Of a stretch of 64,000 nucleotides of DNA, positions 30,135 to 41,023 are shown piece after piece. Location of the stretch: IMG/VR virus record IMGVR_UViG_3300011547_000001. One strand, given 5' to 3'. This DNA comes from an uncultured virus (IMG/VR IMGVR_UViG_3300011547_000001) (Duplodnaviria; Heunggongvirae; Uroviricota; Caudoviricetes). How positions within the stretch are numbered: position 1 is the first letter of the stretch; each line of letters starts with the position of its first letter. Under the pieces are notes generated by a model. It ran no database searches, was not told where the DNA came from, and was given only the letters and a program-made list of their open reading frames with translations. A program made the translations under genes and the position numbers.

Positions 30135-30938
30135 TTAGCATTCCATCGGGTTGAACGGTTTCTCTTCTTTCGGTGCAGCGGCTGCTTCGGCTTTCTCCGC
30201 CTGCTCTTCTGGAGTCTCACCGTCCCACTCGGCCCGGCATTTCTCGAAGCTGAACTGGCCTTTGGAGAGTTCGATGATGAACGCGCGGTCTAGCTTGCTG
30301 ACCGGCTTCTTGTGATAGAACGCGTACATGATGTGACGCGCACGGTCGATGTCTGCGAGCCGTACTTCGTCCTTCTTGTTGATGCGGTCCTTGATGAAGT
30401 AAAGCAGCTGTTCTACAACCGGCACGATGCCATGCTTTTCGTAGAACTCAGGCAGGATCATGTCCGGGTAGGTGATCCGTTTGTGGTCCTTCATCTGCTC
30501 GGCCATACGCTTGGTGATGGCGAGGTTCAGGTTCGGATCATTGGCACGCTGGGTATCCGCACTGTTGTGATGCATGCGCCAGCTGGCCATACGCAGGAGT
30601 CGGAAGTCTTCCGGTGTGAGTTGGTGGGCGATGAGCGGCGGAACGATCAGCACTGGTTTGTGATCTTCGTCCACGATCAACGCGCAGCGAGTGCCGTTGG
30701 CGGTCTGAGCGCACCAGGGCTCAACGGGGAAGTAGTTGATGCCGTAACGGTTACCGAGGGCAAAGCCCATCAGCCATTTCTCGACGAACTCTTTCTCGTA
30801 GATGACGACACCAACGTTGTAGGGAATATCCGAATCACCCAACATCAGCTTGCCTTGGATCTCGTGGACCTTGACTTCCTCCAGCCAGCGGAAGTCTTCC
30901 ATGATGATGTTTCTGCGGTCTTCACGGGACATGCTCAT
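30135..30938 (-). CDS. Conserved hypothetical protein
   Basis: 267 aa, ATGA-coupled. Confidence 0.75.
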   Translation of the reverse strand: MSMSREDRRNIIMEDFRWLEEVKVHEIQGKLMLGDSDIPYNVGVVIYEKEFVEKWLMGFALGNRYGINYFPVEPWCAQTANGTRCALIVDEDHKPVLIVPPLIAHQLTPEDFRLLRMASWRMHHNSADTQRANDPNLNLAITKRMAEQMKDHKRITYPDMILPEFYEKHGIVPVVEQLLYFIKDRINKKDEVRLADIDRARHIMYAFYHKKPVSKLDRAFIIELSKGQFSFEKCRAEWDGETPEEQAEKAEAAAAPKEEKPFNPMEC

Positions 30939-31342
30939 CGTTTGTATCTCTCCGTTTCCAGTACTTTGAATAGTTCGCCAGTCACTAACACGGCTTTTGC
31001 CATGTCATAGCTGACGCCGTTATAAACAAATTTAGCGGCAATTACCAAGTGGTAGACGGTCTTTGTATCGTTCTGATACTGGATGTCTACCTCCACTTCT
31101 GATACAGGGAAAAGTTCTTTTACGTAAAGATCGAACGCATCCTTGGTAGCCCTTACCATCTCGGTTGGGTTACGCCCGAACTTGCCCCAGAGATAATAAA
31201 AGCTAGGTACATTCGGGATGACTTTACCCTGAGAACGACGGCTAGCCAGCCAATACATGAAGTGAAGCGCCATGGCGCGCTGGGGTGACTTTGTCTCCCA
31301 ACCGTCCGCGGAACTCATTGTTCCTACACAAAAACCTGCCAT
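30935..31342 (-). CDS. Conserved hypothetical protein
   Basis: 135 aa. Confidence 0.7.
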   Translation of the reverse strand: MAGFCVGTMSSADGWETKSPQRAMALHFMYWLASRRSQGKVIPNVPSFYYLWGKFGRNPTEMVRATKDAFDLYVKELFPVSEVEVDIQYQNDTKTVYHLVIAAKFVYNGVSYDMAKAVLVTGELFKVLETERYKR

Positions 31343-31449
31343 ATCCGAATACCTTTAATTTACGGGGCTCCTATAGAAACGGCGGCAAACGTAATATGGC
31401 AAAAAAAAATAAACACCAGGAGAGGTTTCCCTCTCCCAGTGTCAGTGGC

Positions 31450-32088
31450 TTACTCCTGAACTTCCTGCTTGGCACCGCCGAGCGGGTTGTTGTCAGGACT
31501 GGCGATATCGAACAGACCTTTGGCGCGATGGTAGTCAATCGCAATGTAGGTCTTGTCCAAATCGTTCCTGGAGCGGAACGAAAGTGCATTACCGAAACAC
31601 TCATGGTAATGCGCGTGTTTGAGAACACGCTTATCGTCCACAGTGTTGAACGTCAGCACACCATGACGAGCGCGGCGATAGAAGGGGTTAGCTTCGCCGA
31701 TGCCCGTACACAGTTTGTTGAATTCGCCACCGTAGCCCTCGGTCTTACCGTCGAGGTAGTCCTGTTGCATTCCCGGGTGGGCCATGATGAAGTCGCGCAT
31801 GAAGCCACGCGCCCCCTGCAAGCCCGTAGGAGTGCCCAGATAACCAATGTCGAACTGACCTACGTAGTCACCCTCCGATTGCGTTGTAAGGCGCTTGGAG
31901 AGTTCCCAGGCCCTGGAGTTGAAGAAGGTGTTGAAACTGTCCAGAGCTTTGTCGGCTTGTCGAGCAAGCCAGCCACCCGCTCCCTTGAATGCAGCGGCAC
32001 TTTGGTGCACGTACTGACTGTAACGCTGCATTTGGGTGTCGGTATAGCTACCTGACATCGCGTAGGTAAACGCGTGTGCACTATTCAT
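31450..32088 (-). CDS. Conserved hypothetical core protein downstream of nvRNAP beta-prime
   Basis: 212 aa, ATGA-coupled. Confidence 0.7.
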   Translation of the reverse strand: MNSAHAFTYAMSGSYTDTQMQRYSQYVHQSAAAFKGAGGWLARQADKALDSFNTFFNSRAWELSKRLTTQSEGDYVGQFDIGYLGTPTGLQGARGFMRDFIMAHPGMQQDYLDGKTEGYGGEFNKLCTGIGEANPFYRRARHGVLTFNTVDDKRVLKHAHYHECFGNALSFRSRNDLDKTYIAIDYHRAKGLFDIASPDNNPLGGAKQEVQE

Positions 32089-33716
32089 AGCTCTATCAAC
32101 TCGGTCTGCTTCATCAGGGTGTTCAAGTTCATCAGGTTAGTCGCAGTTTGACCCGCGTAGTCACCCACCTTGAACGGTACGTTCTTATCCAGTACCTGAT
32201 GATGTCCGAAGCCGCCATATGCGCGCGCCTTCGATTCATTGTCAAATACCATCACGACGTATTCGTTATCCCCGTCGAAGTCGGCGTTTTGTTGCTTACA
32301 CGCCAGAATCGGAATCTTGATACTTTCGTCTTCAAGGTCCCGGTTTACTTTCAGGAAGAAGCAACGCAGACTCAAGTACTCAATGGACGGGTTACGACCC
32401 GACTGGATCAAGCACTTGCGACTTTCCTCCATGTCCCGGAAGAACTCATCAATCAGCGGATCGATATAATACGCTGCGAGGTTAATTCGTTCCTGGGCTT
32501 TGTACGGTGTAAACCCACGCCGATACAAGAACGACGTGATGTGAATCTCCAGCATCGACAAGCACATCTTCCACGGTACCAACAACTGGTCCGTATCGAT
32601 GATGCCGGTCTGAGACGTAATAACGGAACGGCCTGTGAATGGCAGGGCGCCCGACACCACGTGTTTACGGTTAATCGCTGGCTTGTGGAACAGGCCCTTG
32701 GGGTTATTCACCTTGCGGTACTGGTCGGCAAGCAACACAATGTTCTTGCCCACGATTTCCACGTTGCGGTGTGCTTCGGCTTCGCTCAACTTACCAACAG
32801 AGCTGGACTTGGCAGTATCCGCAATGGCCAGGTAAAGCGCAGCCGTCGCCGGCTGGTGGGCGTAGGAGTAAATCTCTTTGCCCGATTTTTCCAGTACCGT
32901 GCTGTAACGGCTCGGCACTTTGATGTAGTCACAGAACGCGATGTTCTTGTACTTCAGATACAACGCGTACAGCTCTTGAGCTTCCTGGTTAGGCTTGCTG
33001 AAATAACGACGGCCATTCCCTACCAGGATCCATTCCATCAACGCGTCAGCGTTATCATAGAACGAATTGAGATCGAGTTCGTGGATCTGTAGCTCTTCGA
33101 GCATGTTGTTGATAATGACGCGGGTGGTGTTCGTTTGCTTCTTGACCTGTTTCCGATAGATAGGGTCAACGAAGTAACGTGGAATGCACACCTTGGGACT
33201 ACCGATCGAGATCCCATTGAAGAAACTCGAGAGGAAACCCGGGTTAATGAATTTCTTAACCCCCTCAGGACATCGTAGCCACAACCCAACATCTTCACCA
33301 CGGTCCAGGAATACCTGCGCCTTGTTACCACAGTCAGGACAAGTTTTACCACTGCCCAACAAGTAGTTACCACGCAGTCGACGAGGACTGTCACAACCAC
33401 ATGACGCAACGGTATCGAACGAGTTACCAGAGAACTCCATACGAGTCAACCTGGCAACCTCTTCTTGATGGTCCTCCAAGTTGAAATCGAAGTCGTTCAG
33501 GTAAACGCGATCATGCCGACTCGTGTCATGCAGGTAGTTGTAGTCTTCGAAGTCGTGATACAACGGCCTGGAGTAAGCTGGGTTATCCGCCAACGACTTA
33601 CCGAACTTGTCCGCGTAGGACTGGAAGTACGGAAGTGGGTTGAGTGCTTCTGCGCTAAACTTTGTCAGTGCTTCAACCGCCAAGGCGTTGGAGGGAGTAA
33701 GCTCCGGAAATATCAT
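32085..33716 (-). CDS. Non-virion RNA polymerase beta-prime N-terminal catalytic subunit (phiKZ gp55-56.1-like), intron-free
   Basis: Catalytic NADFDGD, zinc finger CGC...CPDC, GRSVIT, GRNPS. Own ATG at 33716 with GGAG RBS. Confidence 0.9.
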   Translation of the reverse strand: MIFPELTPSNALAVEALTKFSAEALNPLPYFQSYADKFGKSLADNPAYSRPLYHDFEDYNYLHDTSRHDRVYLNDFDFNLEDHQEEVARLTRMEFSGNSFDTVASCGCDSPRRLRGNYLLGSGKTCPDCGNKAQVFLDRGEDVGLWLRCPEGVKKFINPGFLSSFFNGISIGSPKVCIPRYFVDPIYRKQVKKQTNTTRVIINNMLEELQIHELDLNSFYDNADALMEWILVGNGRRYFSKPNQEAQELYALYLKYKNIAFCDYIKVPSRYSTVLEKSGKEIYSYAHQPATAALYLAIADTAKSSSVGKLSEAEAHRNVEIVGKNIVLLADQYRKVNNPKGLFHKPAINRKHVVSGALPFTGRSVITSQTGIIDTDQLLVPWKMCLSMLEIHITSFLYRRGFTPYKAQERINLAAYYIDPLIDEFFRDMEESRKCLIQSGRNPSIEYLSLRCFFLKVNRDLEDESIKIPILACKQQNADFDGDNEYVVMVFDNESKARAYGGFGHHQVLDKNVPFKVGDYAGQTATNLMNLNTLMKQTELIEL

Positions 33717-33748
33717 GCCCAACTCCAAAAAATCAAAAGGCGGAATAA

Positions 33749-33773
33749 TGCGTGGGGGGAGAAACCCCACGCA
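33749..33773 (-). terminator. Hairpin between chmA and nvRNAP beta-prime
   Basis: tgcgtgggg-ggagaaa-ccccacgca. Confidence 0.6.
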
Positions 33774-33803
33774 CTTCTTTAAACACCTAAGCCGCCGGGC
33801 GGC

Positions 33804-35843
33804 TTTGATGAACGAAACGCCGTTGCCGTAGGCCATGCCCAGGCTTGGCTGGTTGGGGTTGTTGGAACCGGCTGCCGCCATGGTGGCCAGGCCGATGCCA
33901 GGGGCAAAGACCAGGTTGCTGGAGCGGTAGGAGCCGATGTTGTTCGCCACGTTCAGTTGACCGATGCCGTCCAGGGATTGACCCAGGGCCGCCATGAAGT
34001 CCGGTGCCCAGATGTAAGGCTGAGCGAAGCCGTTGATGTGTGGATCGGTGGAGAAGTTCGCGCCGGTCATTTCCAGACGCAGTTTCTGGCAACGCTGTTT
34101 GAAGCCCTCGCGCGGATCGGTGCCGTACTGGGTACCCAGGAAAGCTTCGATGCCGGCCAGGTTGTTCTTGCCCTTGATGTGCGAGATCATCATCTCGTCC
34201 ATTTCCTGGGTGTTGAACGACTTGTCGCCCAGACGACCACGGCCGTTGACCGCGATCATGCCGGTAGGCAGCAGGATCGGCTTGGTAGGAGTCCAGCCGC
34301 CCTTCTTGAGGTTTTCCTCGATGGTGGCCGACATCTTGTTGTTCGACATGGCGTCGATCAGCTTGACGACGGTCATCACTTCCTGGTGGTTCGAGCTGGT
34401 GTCAGCCAGACGTTGCAGGAAGTTGTGGATCGAGGCGTGTGGACCGGCCGGCAGAACGTTGACCTGGAAGGTAGCGTGCGGGCTGACGTTCATGCGGATC
34501 CAGTTGGACACGAAGTCGGTGTCGCTGAGCTTCTTGACGTCCAGGATATCGTTCTGGGTCCGCGCGGCCGCCCACGGGGTCGAGGACAGCATTTGCTGGA
34601 TGCGCAGTTCCATGTCCGCCAGCGAACCACGAGCACCGACGCAAGCCTTGCGAATCGCTTCGGCCCAGGTGTAGTGGTTGTTGGTGCACATCAGCAGGTA
34701 CAGGCCGTAGAAGAACGGGTACAGACCGCCGTTGTAGCCCATCATTTCGCCGGCGGTGACTTCACCCATGGTGATCACCGGACGCAGAGGACGGTAGCCA
34801 TTGCCGTAGCCGCCAGCCATGCCACCCATGAAGGATTGCAGTTGGGCCAGTTGATCCGGACGGCTGGTCATCATGTAGCGCTGCCAGTCTTCGAACGACA
34901 CCGCGGTCAGGGACACGGCACCGGTGACCCGGCAGATGTCCTTGGAGTTGACGTTGAAGTCGCGGTTGTAGTTGCCGTTGTTGCCGTTCGGGAAGATGGT
35001 AGTCGCGGTGACTTCCATGTTGTCCGCGGTCAGGGTGCGGCCTTTGGTCACACGACCGCTGATTGCGGTAACGCGAGCTTCGGCGGCGCCGCCCTTGTCG
35101 TACGGCTGTTGAGCGTTCTGGAACGGGTTCGGCAGCGGGATCTTCTGCGCGACCATTTCCAGGGTGGACTTGACCAGCAGCGCTTCTTCCCACTCGGCCG
35201 CGATGTCCAGGGCGTTGTTGCGCGGTTGATCCTTGATGTCACCGGCTTCTTCGTGCTTGAGCATTTCCAGGTCGATCACCCGCAGGCTGACGACGGAAAC
35301 GTTCTTGACGTTCTTGTCTTCGGCCTTGCGTTGGTAGTGATCGCGCAGACGCTTGTAGAAGTCGCCGTTGGCGTACTGGACCGGGGTGAGCGGGATGCTG
35401 ACCTGGCTGGCACCGAAGACGCCATTACCGGCGAAGTCGATACGCTCGCTGTTGATGGTCAGGTTGTCTTTGGAGAACAGGAAGCCCGCGACGTACATGG
35501 TGTCGCCGACTACCACGTCGAGGCCGATGCCTGGCAGAACAGGCGAGACCGCGCTGGTGAATTCCTGGAGGTTCGGGATGATCTTGCGTTGCAGGTCGCT
35601 GATCGAAGCTTTCTTCTGCGCGTCGTAGTACTCCTGAAGAGTCTTCAGCGCGTCGCTGGCTTCGGCCAGGTTGCGGTTGTCGGAGGTCATCGAGGACAGG
35701 CGGAACAGACCAGACAGCCCACCTTGAACGGTACCCGCGGTGTTACCCAGGGTGGAGGTGTAGTCACCGGCCTGGGATTGCTGTTGTTGCTGGGCATCGT
35801 TGTTCCACGCTGCGTTGGTTGCGTCGTCGCTGGACAAGCTCAT
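33804..35843 (-). CDS. chmA: Chimallin, major phage-nucleus shell protein (679 aa; the expected stop reads AAA in this sequence)
   Basis: Directly upstream of nvRNAP beta-prime, with an early promoter, AAGGA RBS, strongly biased codons and flexible N- and C-terminal segments. Size fits chimallin. Confidence 0.8.
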
Positions 35844-35931
35844 GAGAGTTTCCTTCTTTCTGGTGTGGTTTGCTTATAAGCGAGAAAAGTAATTAGCCAA
35901 TCTAAAGATCAGCGTTAACTATTCGTCCAAG

Positions 35932-35943
35932 TGATATAGGTTC
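35932..35943 (-). promoter_or_regulatory. Early-promoter-like motif (AACCTATATCAC) for chmA; second copy at 35984-35995
   Basis: The motif recurs upstream of minus-strand genes and resembles the phiKZ early consensus TATATTAC. Confidence 0.7.
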
Positions 35944-36100
35944 ATAAATTTCTTGCCCCTGTCCCGTATCGGCTATTAACCGATGATATAGGCAAGAGCT
36001 TTAGAACCCGCTCACAATTTTCGAATTGCGCACCGATCTCCCCCAGGGAAACCCCGGAGTACTCTGCGCTATATAATAGAACTCTAATTGAGAAATACTC

Positions 36101-37201
36101 ATGCACACACTTTCTTTCCCACAGGAAACCAAAACGGTTTATCCCGGTTCTAACTTCCTGGACATGGGTAACCTTCTCAGAGTGACTCAGATCAACGCCG
36201 ACGACTTCAAAGAGAACGTCAGCACCAATATCTTCGTCCTGGAAGATCAGCATATCCTCAGCCAACTGCTGTACCACCTGGCCGTTGATCCAGACTGGAC
36301 CATGGAAGAAGTTCTTGTTCAAACGCGTTACCGCGCTAATGCATTGGCTTCTCTGTTTAACATTACTTCGTCAAACCGTCCGGGTAAAGCGTTCTACGGT
36401 GGTTTCTATCGCGATGGGTGCATCGAACACTGGACACTCATCGACAATGAGAAAGCATACACCAACGTCCACCTGGATAGTATTAACCCTCTAGTTCCTT
36501 TATACAGCACTTCGATGATGCGGGGCTACAAGCACCCGGCACTCCGCAGTTCCGTCAAACCCAGCAGCCCTACCGAATTTGCCATCATCGGCATTGACAT
36601 CGTCGAGCTGGCATTGGGCTGGTGGGTTTACATGAACAGCCCCGAATGGGGTTACGGCACCCGGGAATCCTTCCTGTGCAAATACGTCCTGGGTAAGGCT
36701 GTCTTCACGCAGAACCAGCTTTCGATCATCAACATGTTGTATTCGTTCTTCGTCTTTGATGAACCCATGAACAACATCGTCCGCACTTACAACGTGAGCT
36801 TTACCACGGTGAGTGAAACGAAGCTGATCAAGAAGTTACTCGGGCACATCATCGACGACATGACCAGCGTTCGGCTGAAGAACATGGAACACTTCATGTC
36901 GAAAATCAAGAGCGTGTATCGGGAACCCCATTTCAATTACTTGCGTGGTGGAAAACAACGGCTGTTTACGCAAGCTCGTTGGACGTGGGAACCTGGCGTA
37001 CTCAAGCTGATGGTTATTTACCTGTCGGTTTGCAACCGCATGAAATACCGTGCGAGCGACGTCAATGGACCCATTTCGAGGGCCATTCGACAGATGATCA
37101 AGAACTACTCAGCTATCCCAGAACCATTTTGTAGGGACCTGGTCGTTGCCTTAGCCAGCGAGGTGTTCCGTCTTAATACTGAAAATATGAAAATAAATTG
37201 A
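36101..37201 (+). CDS. Conserved hypothetical core protein divergent from chmA
   Basis: 366-aa ORF ending at a hairpin. Confidence 0.75.
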   Translation: MHTLSFPQETKTVYPGSNFLDMGNLLRVTQINADDFKENVSTNIFVLEDQHILSQLLYHLAVDPDWTMEEVLVQTRYRANALASLFNITSSNRPGKAFYGGFYRDGCIEHWTLIDNEKAYTNVHLDSINPLVPLYSTSMMRGYKHPALRSSVKPSSPTEFAIIGIDIVELALGWWVYMNSPEWGYGTRESFLCKYVLGKAVFTQNQLSIINMLYSFFVFDEPMNNIVRTYNVSFTTVSETKLIKKLLGHIIDDMTSVRLKNMEHFMSKIKSVYREPHFNYLRGGKQRLFTQARWTWEPGVLKLMVIYLSVCNRMKYRASDVNGPISRAIRQMIKNYSAIPEPFCRDLVVALASEVFRLNTENMKIN

Positions 37202-37211
37202 TTAAAGGATG

Positions 37212-37239
37212 CCCTAGGAGCCCCATGGGGCTCCTAGGG
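37212..37239. terminator. Perfect 28-bp palindrome between convergent genes
   Basis: ccctaggagcccc-at-ggggctcctaggg. Confidence 0.75.
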
Positions 37240-37252
37240 TAGTCTGACTATT

Positions 37253-37594
37253 TTACCTCCAAATTTCCCTGAACGTCTTCTGTTCGGCACTTACTCTGTC
37301 GAGCAGCTCAAGTCGCAAGGCTTGAAGCTGTTGGCGTTCCTGTTTCAGCCGAGCTTGTTCTTCTTGTAGGGCGATGTATTCCGGATTATCCATGCCTTCC
37401 AAGTAGGGGAGTTCCTTGAGCAGGGTGTACTTCTTACCCATCACAGCTGTTTCTTCGTTTAGCAACCCTATGCAACGAGAGTTCATTTCACGGATCTCAT
37501 CGATACGTTCCGCAAACTCCCTGTATTTAGCCCGAAGGTAATCGTGAGTAAGGCGGGTATGCAATCCACGTACGTTTGACATGTTAATCTCCAA
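37253..37594 (-). CDS. Small coiled-coil hypothetical early protein
   Basis: About 110 aa with its own early motif at 37628-37639. The start may be the ATG at 37582. Confidence 0.65.
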   Translation of the reverse strand: MEINMSNVRGLHTRLTHDYLRAKYREFAERIDEIREMNSRCIGLLNEETAVMGKKYTLLKELPYLEGMDNPEYIALQEEQARLKQERQQLQALRLELLDRVSAEQKTFREIWR

Positions 37595-37627
37595 AGGTGA
37601 AAGACATGATTGTCTTATTCACCTCGG

Positions 37628-37639
37628 TGATATAGGTTT
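37628..37639 (-). promoter_or_regulatory. Early-promoter-like motif
   Basis: tgatataggttt on the plus strand (AAACCTATATCA on minus). Confidence 0.7.
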
Positions 37640-37654
37640 ATAAACGACTGTAAC

Positions 37655-38020
37655 TTAAACCTTGTCGAGGTCTACCTGGTGGAGCAATGCCCACAGGTTA
37701 CTGTCATGAGACAGCACGAACTCCTCCAGCCAAGGATGGTCTTTACCGAAACCGTCTTGACGAACGTTCTCGATGAAGTTCTCCTTGGTGGTGATGATCT
37801 TCAGCAGTGTGCCGTTGACATCATGGGCCCGGATGGTAACGTAAGGTTCCAAGGGGTCTTGAACGTCCGGATGACAGAAACCCACCTTCAGGATGATCCT
37901 GGAGCGGTCATTGTCCAGCGGCGCGCACTCCATGGAAGGGGTGTACCCCAGAGCCGGTACGTCCATGTAGAACCCGTGAGGGCCTTTCTTGATGGTGATG
38001 TTTGCGTGCGGCTTGTACAT
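37655..38020 (-). CDS. Hypothetical protein
   Basis: ATG at 38020 after GGGAG, adjacent to the upstream stop. Confidence 0.65.
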   Translation of the reverse strand: MYKPHANITIKKGPHGFYMDVPALGYTPSMECAPLDNDRSRIILKVGFCHPDVQDPLEPYVTIRAHDVNGTLLKIITTKENFIENVRQDGFGKDHPWLEEFVLSHDSNLWALLHQVDLDKV

Positions 38021-38021
38021 G

Positions 38022-38402
38022 TCAGCTCCCCATGCGGTCTGGGCTGCTGGCCCAGTCGTCGAGATAGGCTTGATGTTTGGTTGCCTGGTCGGCTTTAAAC
38101 CATTCCGGAGATACCACGATGACGGCGTCAAAGTGCTCTCGGAAGAGTGGCTGGATGGTTAACACGTGTTTTTCATCGCAGACAAAGAAGTCTTGCTCAT
38201 GATCTGCGTGCATGATACGCACACGAACCCCCTCCACTTTCAGAAGCTTGGTGATCTCAGGGGCCATGATGATATCCTTGGTGAACCACTGTTCGGGCGG
38301 ATAAATATCAACAAAGGCACCGTAACCGATGAAGGTAATCCCGGACGGGACGTGACGGTAAGCCACGGTGTTGTCGGCCGGGAGTTCTACAAGTTTTTTC
38401 AT
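38022..38402 (-). CDS. Hypothetical protein
   Basis: 126 aa, GAGG RBS overlapping the polymerase stop. Confidence 0.65.
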   Translation of the reverse strand: MKKLVELPADNTVAYRHVPSGITFIGYGAFVDIYPPEQWFTKDIIMAPEITKLLKVEGVRVRIMHADHEQDFFVCDEKHVLTIQPLFREHFDAVIVVSPEWFKADQATKHQAYLDDWASSPDRMGS

Positions 38403-38409
38403 GGTAACC

Positions 38410-40492
38410 TCAGTGTTCGTCCGATACCAGACGAGTTACTTTGCTGTTCATGATGTACAACCCCAAAGACTCCAGGATTGCGTAAATGGATTTCAAGTTC
38501 TGACTGATGATCAAACGCGTGTCTACGATTGGCAAGATCTCTTTCGGGATACCACCCATCGATTTGATCATGTCTGTCGGAATATAAACCGACGTCAAGT
38601 TACTCCGTCCAGTGACATAGTCCTGGAACTCTTGACCAAAGACCGTGTGTCCAACCGAGGTGAAGTAGTTCTTCATCTTGGTCTTGTTGCTCAGGTCCAG
38701 GTTAACCTTGTACGCTTTATAAGGCAGCGTTGGAGCATCCCCGAACTTCTTGGCGAACACAGACTGCCACAGTTCGTGGTAGTAGTAGATCGACGAATCA
38801 GGGTTGGTATAAGCGGCTTCTTCCTTGATGGTGTTCTTGGTCAGCCAGCTATAACCACCAGATTCAATCTCTTCCACCAGCGCACGTTCGATGTTACCCA
38901 CTTGATGCAACAGCTCGGCGGCGTCCAATTGCTTACGACCGTACAACGCTTCCAGTACGTCACGCATGAGTTTGTTGGTGAACTCACGTACTTTAAGCGC
39001 GATCTTGATACCGCGGAGGTGAACACCTTTCTGTTCTAATTCCGGTTCATCATGGAGGATACCTTCCAACATCAACTGAAGCGCGTAGTAGTGTTTAGAC
39101 ATCGACGTGGTTACGTACGAGCTAAACAGGAACTCGTTCTTCATGTTTAGACGATAGCGGTACTTCTTGATGACGTTCATGTTCGTACTGAGACGAGCAT
39201 GTTGGTCAACCGCGATCGAACGGATGAAGTAGGTCATTACTCCGTTGAAGCAAAGACCGTCTTGCTTACGCTCAGGGTCAACATAATCGTCAATGATCAT
39301 GTCAACACTGTAAATCATGGAGTCGGTGTCAGACGTCAACACGTTCTCGCGCACCAGCTCCTTGATACTGAATACAGCAGGAGGCGGTGTATCAGCTTTC
39401 AGGAATGCGCCAATGAAATCAGCCCACTTTACTTCCAGCCCGATGTGATAGGCGTTAAGGTAGGCGATCTGCGGCTTGGTGGCTTCCTTGCCCAGCTTAG
39501 TAATACAGAGGATCTCGTAGTCACTGTNNNNNNNNNNTAGTTTCGTCAATGACCTCCGGGAATGCCGGGATATGACACCAATCATTGAAGAACTCTTTCA
39601 TCAGACTCTGGTTGGTGGTATACAACCCACGCAAGTCCATCGAGCAAAGCAGGATGGTCAGTTCCAGTGGTCTGAGGTTTTCCAGATACAGCCGGATCGC
39701 GCCCATACCAGTTGGGTCGTTCCAATAGTAACTGCTGCACCGCTTAACCATGTCCATGACTTGGTCAACGGTGGCGTGCCGCATGTTGTATTTCTTGAAG
39801 ACCGCTGCGATTTCGTCTCGACGGGCAAATGCCAAGGTGCTGATGAATAGTTCCATCGTCTTGTTGTAACTCAACAAGAGACGGTTGCCCGTGATTAATC
39901 GTTCGTTGATGATGTTGGCGGTCGAAGTTACTGCACGGCAAGTACTGGTCAGCGAGGTGTGACCAGACTTATTGTGAAGCGGTGTGCCCGAAGAAGACAT
40001 TGCGCCCGACTGGGCGTTGTTGAAGATCTTCAGCGCTTTCTGGATTTCGTCGAATGCAATACGGGCGTCTTTATCACCCGCAGCGATAGCACCCTTCATC
40101 CGGCCTTTGTACAAGCGACGGAATTCGATGAACTGGTCAGTACCAATGGCATTGACCGACATCTCTTCGTTACTGTTGGTATACGCCACTAGCGACGGAG
40201 AGAGGTGATAGTTCTTTTCCTCTACGTGAGCGAAGAACTCACGAGCAGGCATTACAACAGCTTCGCGGTCACCGTACTTGTTCTTCTTGAGAACCTTGAA
40301 CTTGGCTTCCTTGAACCCGTTTTTGTTCGGAACGAAGACCTTGGTGCACAGATCTAATACAACGTTGTAATCCCACTTGTAGAAAACAGACAAGTAGGCT
40401 GCGGCCATCAAGTGATAGCCTTCCACCATATTGCGATTCGGCTTATAGTCTACCTGTTGAAAGGGAGACAAATGTTGTTGCATCGCCGTCAT
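38410..40492 (-). CDS. Split family-B DNA polymerase, catalytic C-terminal subunit (phiKZ gp50-like), N gap in the middle
   Basis: Motif B QKALKIFNNAQSG, motif C SDTDS, MSKHY, KGVH. The two ORFs join across the gap at ~39528-39537. Confidence 0.85.
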
Positions 40493-40598
40493 GGGATGCC
40501 TCTCAATCAGATGAAGTGAAAATAAAAAGAGATCGAACCAAAAAAGAAAAGTCATTACCGCACGTTCCTGTATGAATAGGAAGTGCGGTAACGAAGTG

Positions 40599-41015
40599 CT
40601 ACTTGTTCGTGACGTTGTACGTAACCGCCGCACCGAGGCTGGCGAAGAACGACTTCGTCGGGGCGTCCCATATTTCGCGCCAGGTGTCGCAGACCATAGC
40701 GCAGCGCAGACCGGCAATGATCAGGAAACTGCTGTCCAGGATCCACGGAATGCCCACCACTTCCATCTGTCCGTTCAGGTTGCGGTAGACGATGTAGTTG
40801 TAGGCACTCGGGTCATCAATCCCGTTCACCTTGCTGGCGAAGTATGGGAACATGTTCTTGTGCTTGACGTTCAGTTCCTGGTCGATCTTGAGCGCCGTCA
40901 GGTACCCAACGCCAACCGCGTCAACTGGAACCTGACGACGTTCGTCGCCGAGGATGCCTGCATGTACGAATTGGAAACTGATGTAGTCTCCTTTGCTTGG
41001 AAGAGTGAACGCCAT
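40599..41015 (-). CDS. Conserved small protein upstream of the DNA polymerase subunit
   Basis: 138 aa, GGGGG RBS. Confidence 0.7.
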   Translation of the reverse strand: MAFTLPSKGDYISFQFVHAGILGDERRQVPVDAVGVGYLTALKIDQELNVKHKNMFPYFASKVNGIDDPSAYNYIVYRNLNGQMEVVGIPWILDSSFLIIAGLRCAMVCDTWREIWDAPTKSFFASLGAAVTYNVTNK

Positions 41016-41023
41016 GGGGCCCC

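Noticed and set aside
33716..33806. Stop-codon reassignment as the cause of the ChmA-RNAP read-through
   Set aside because: The codon is AAA, not a stop, and TAA, TAG and TGA all terminate genes normally elsewhere in the window.
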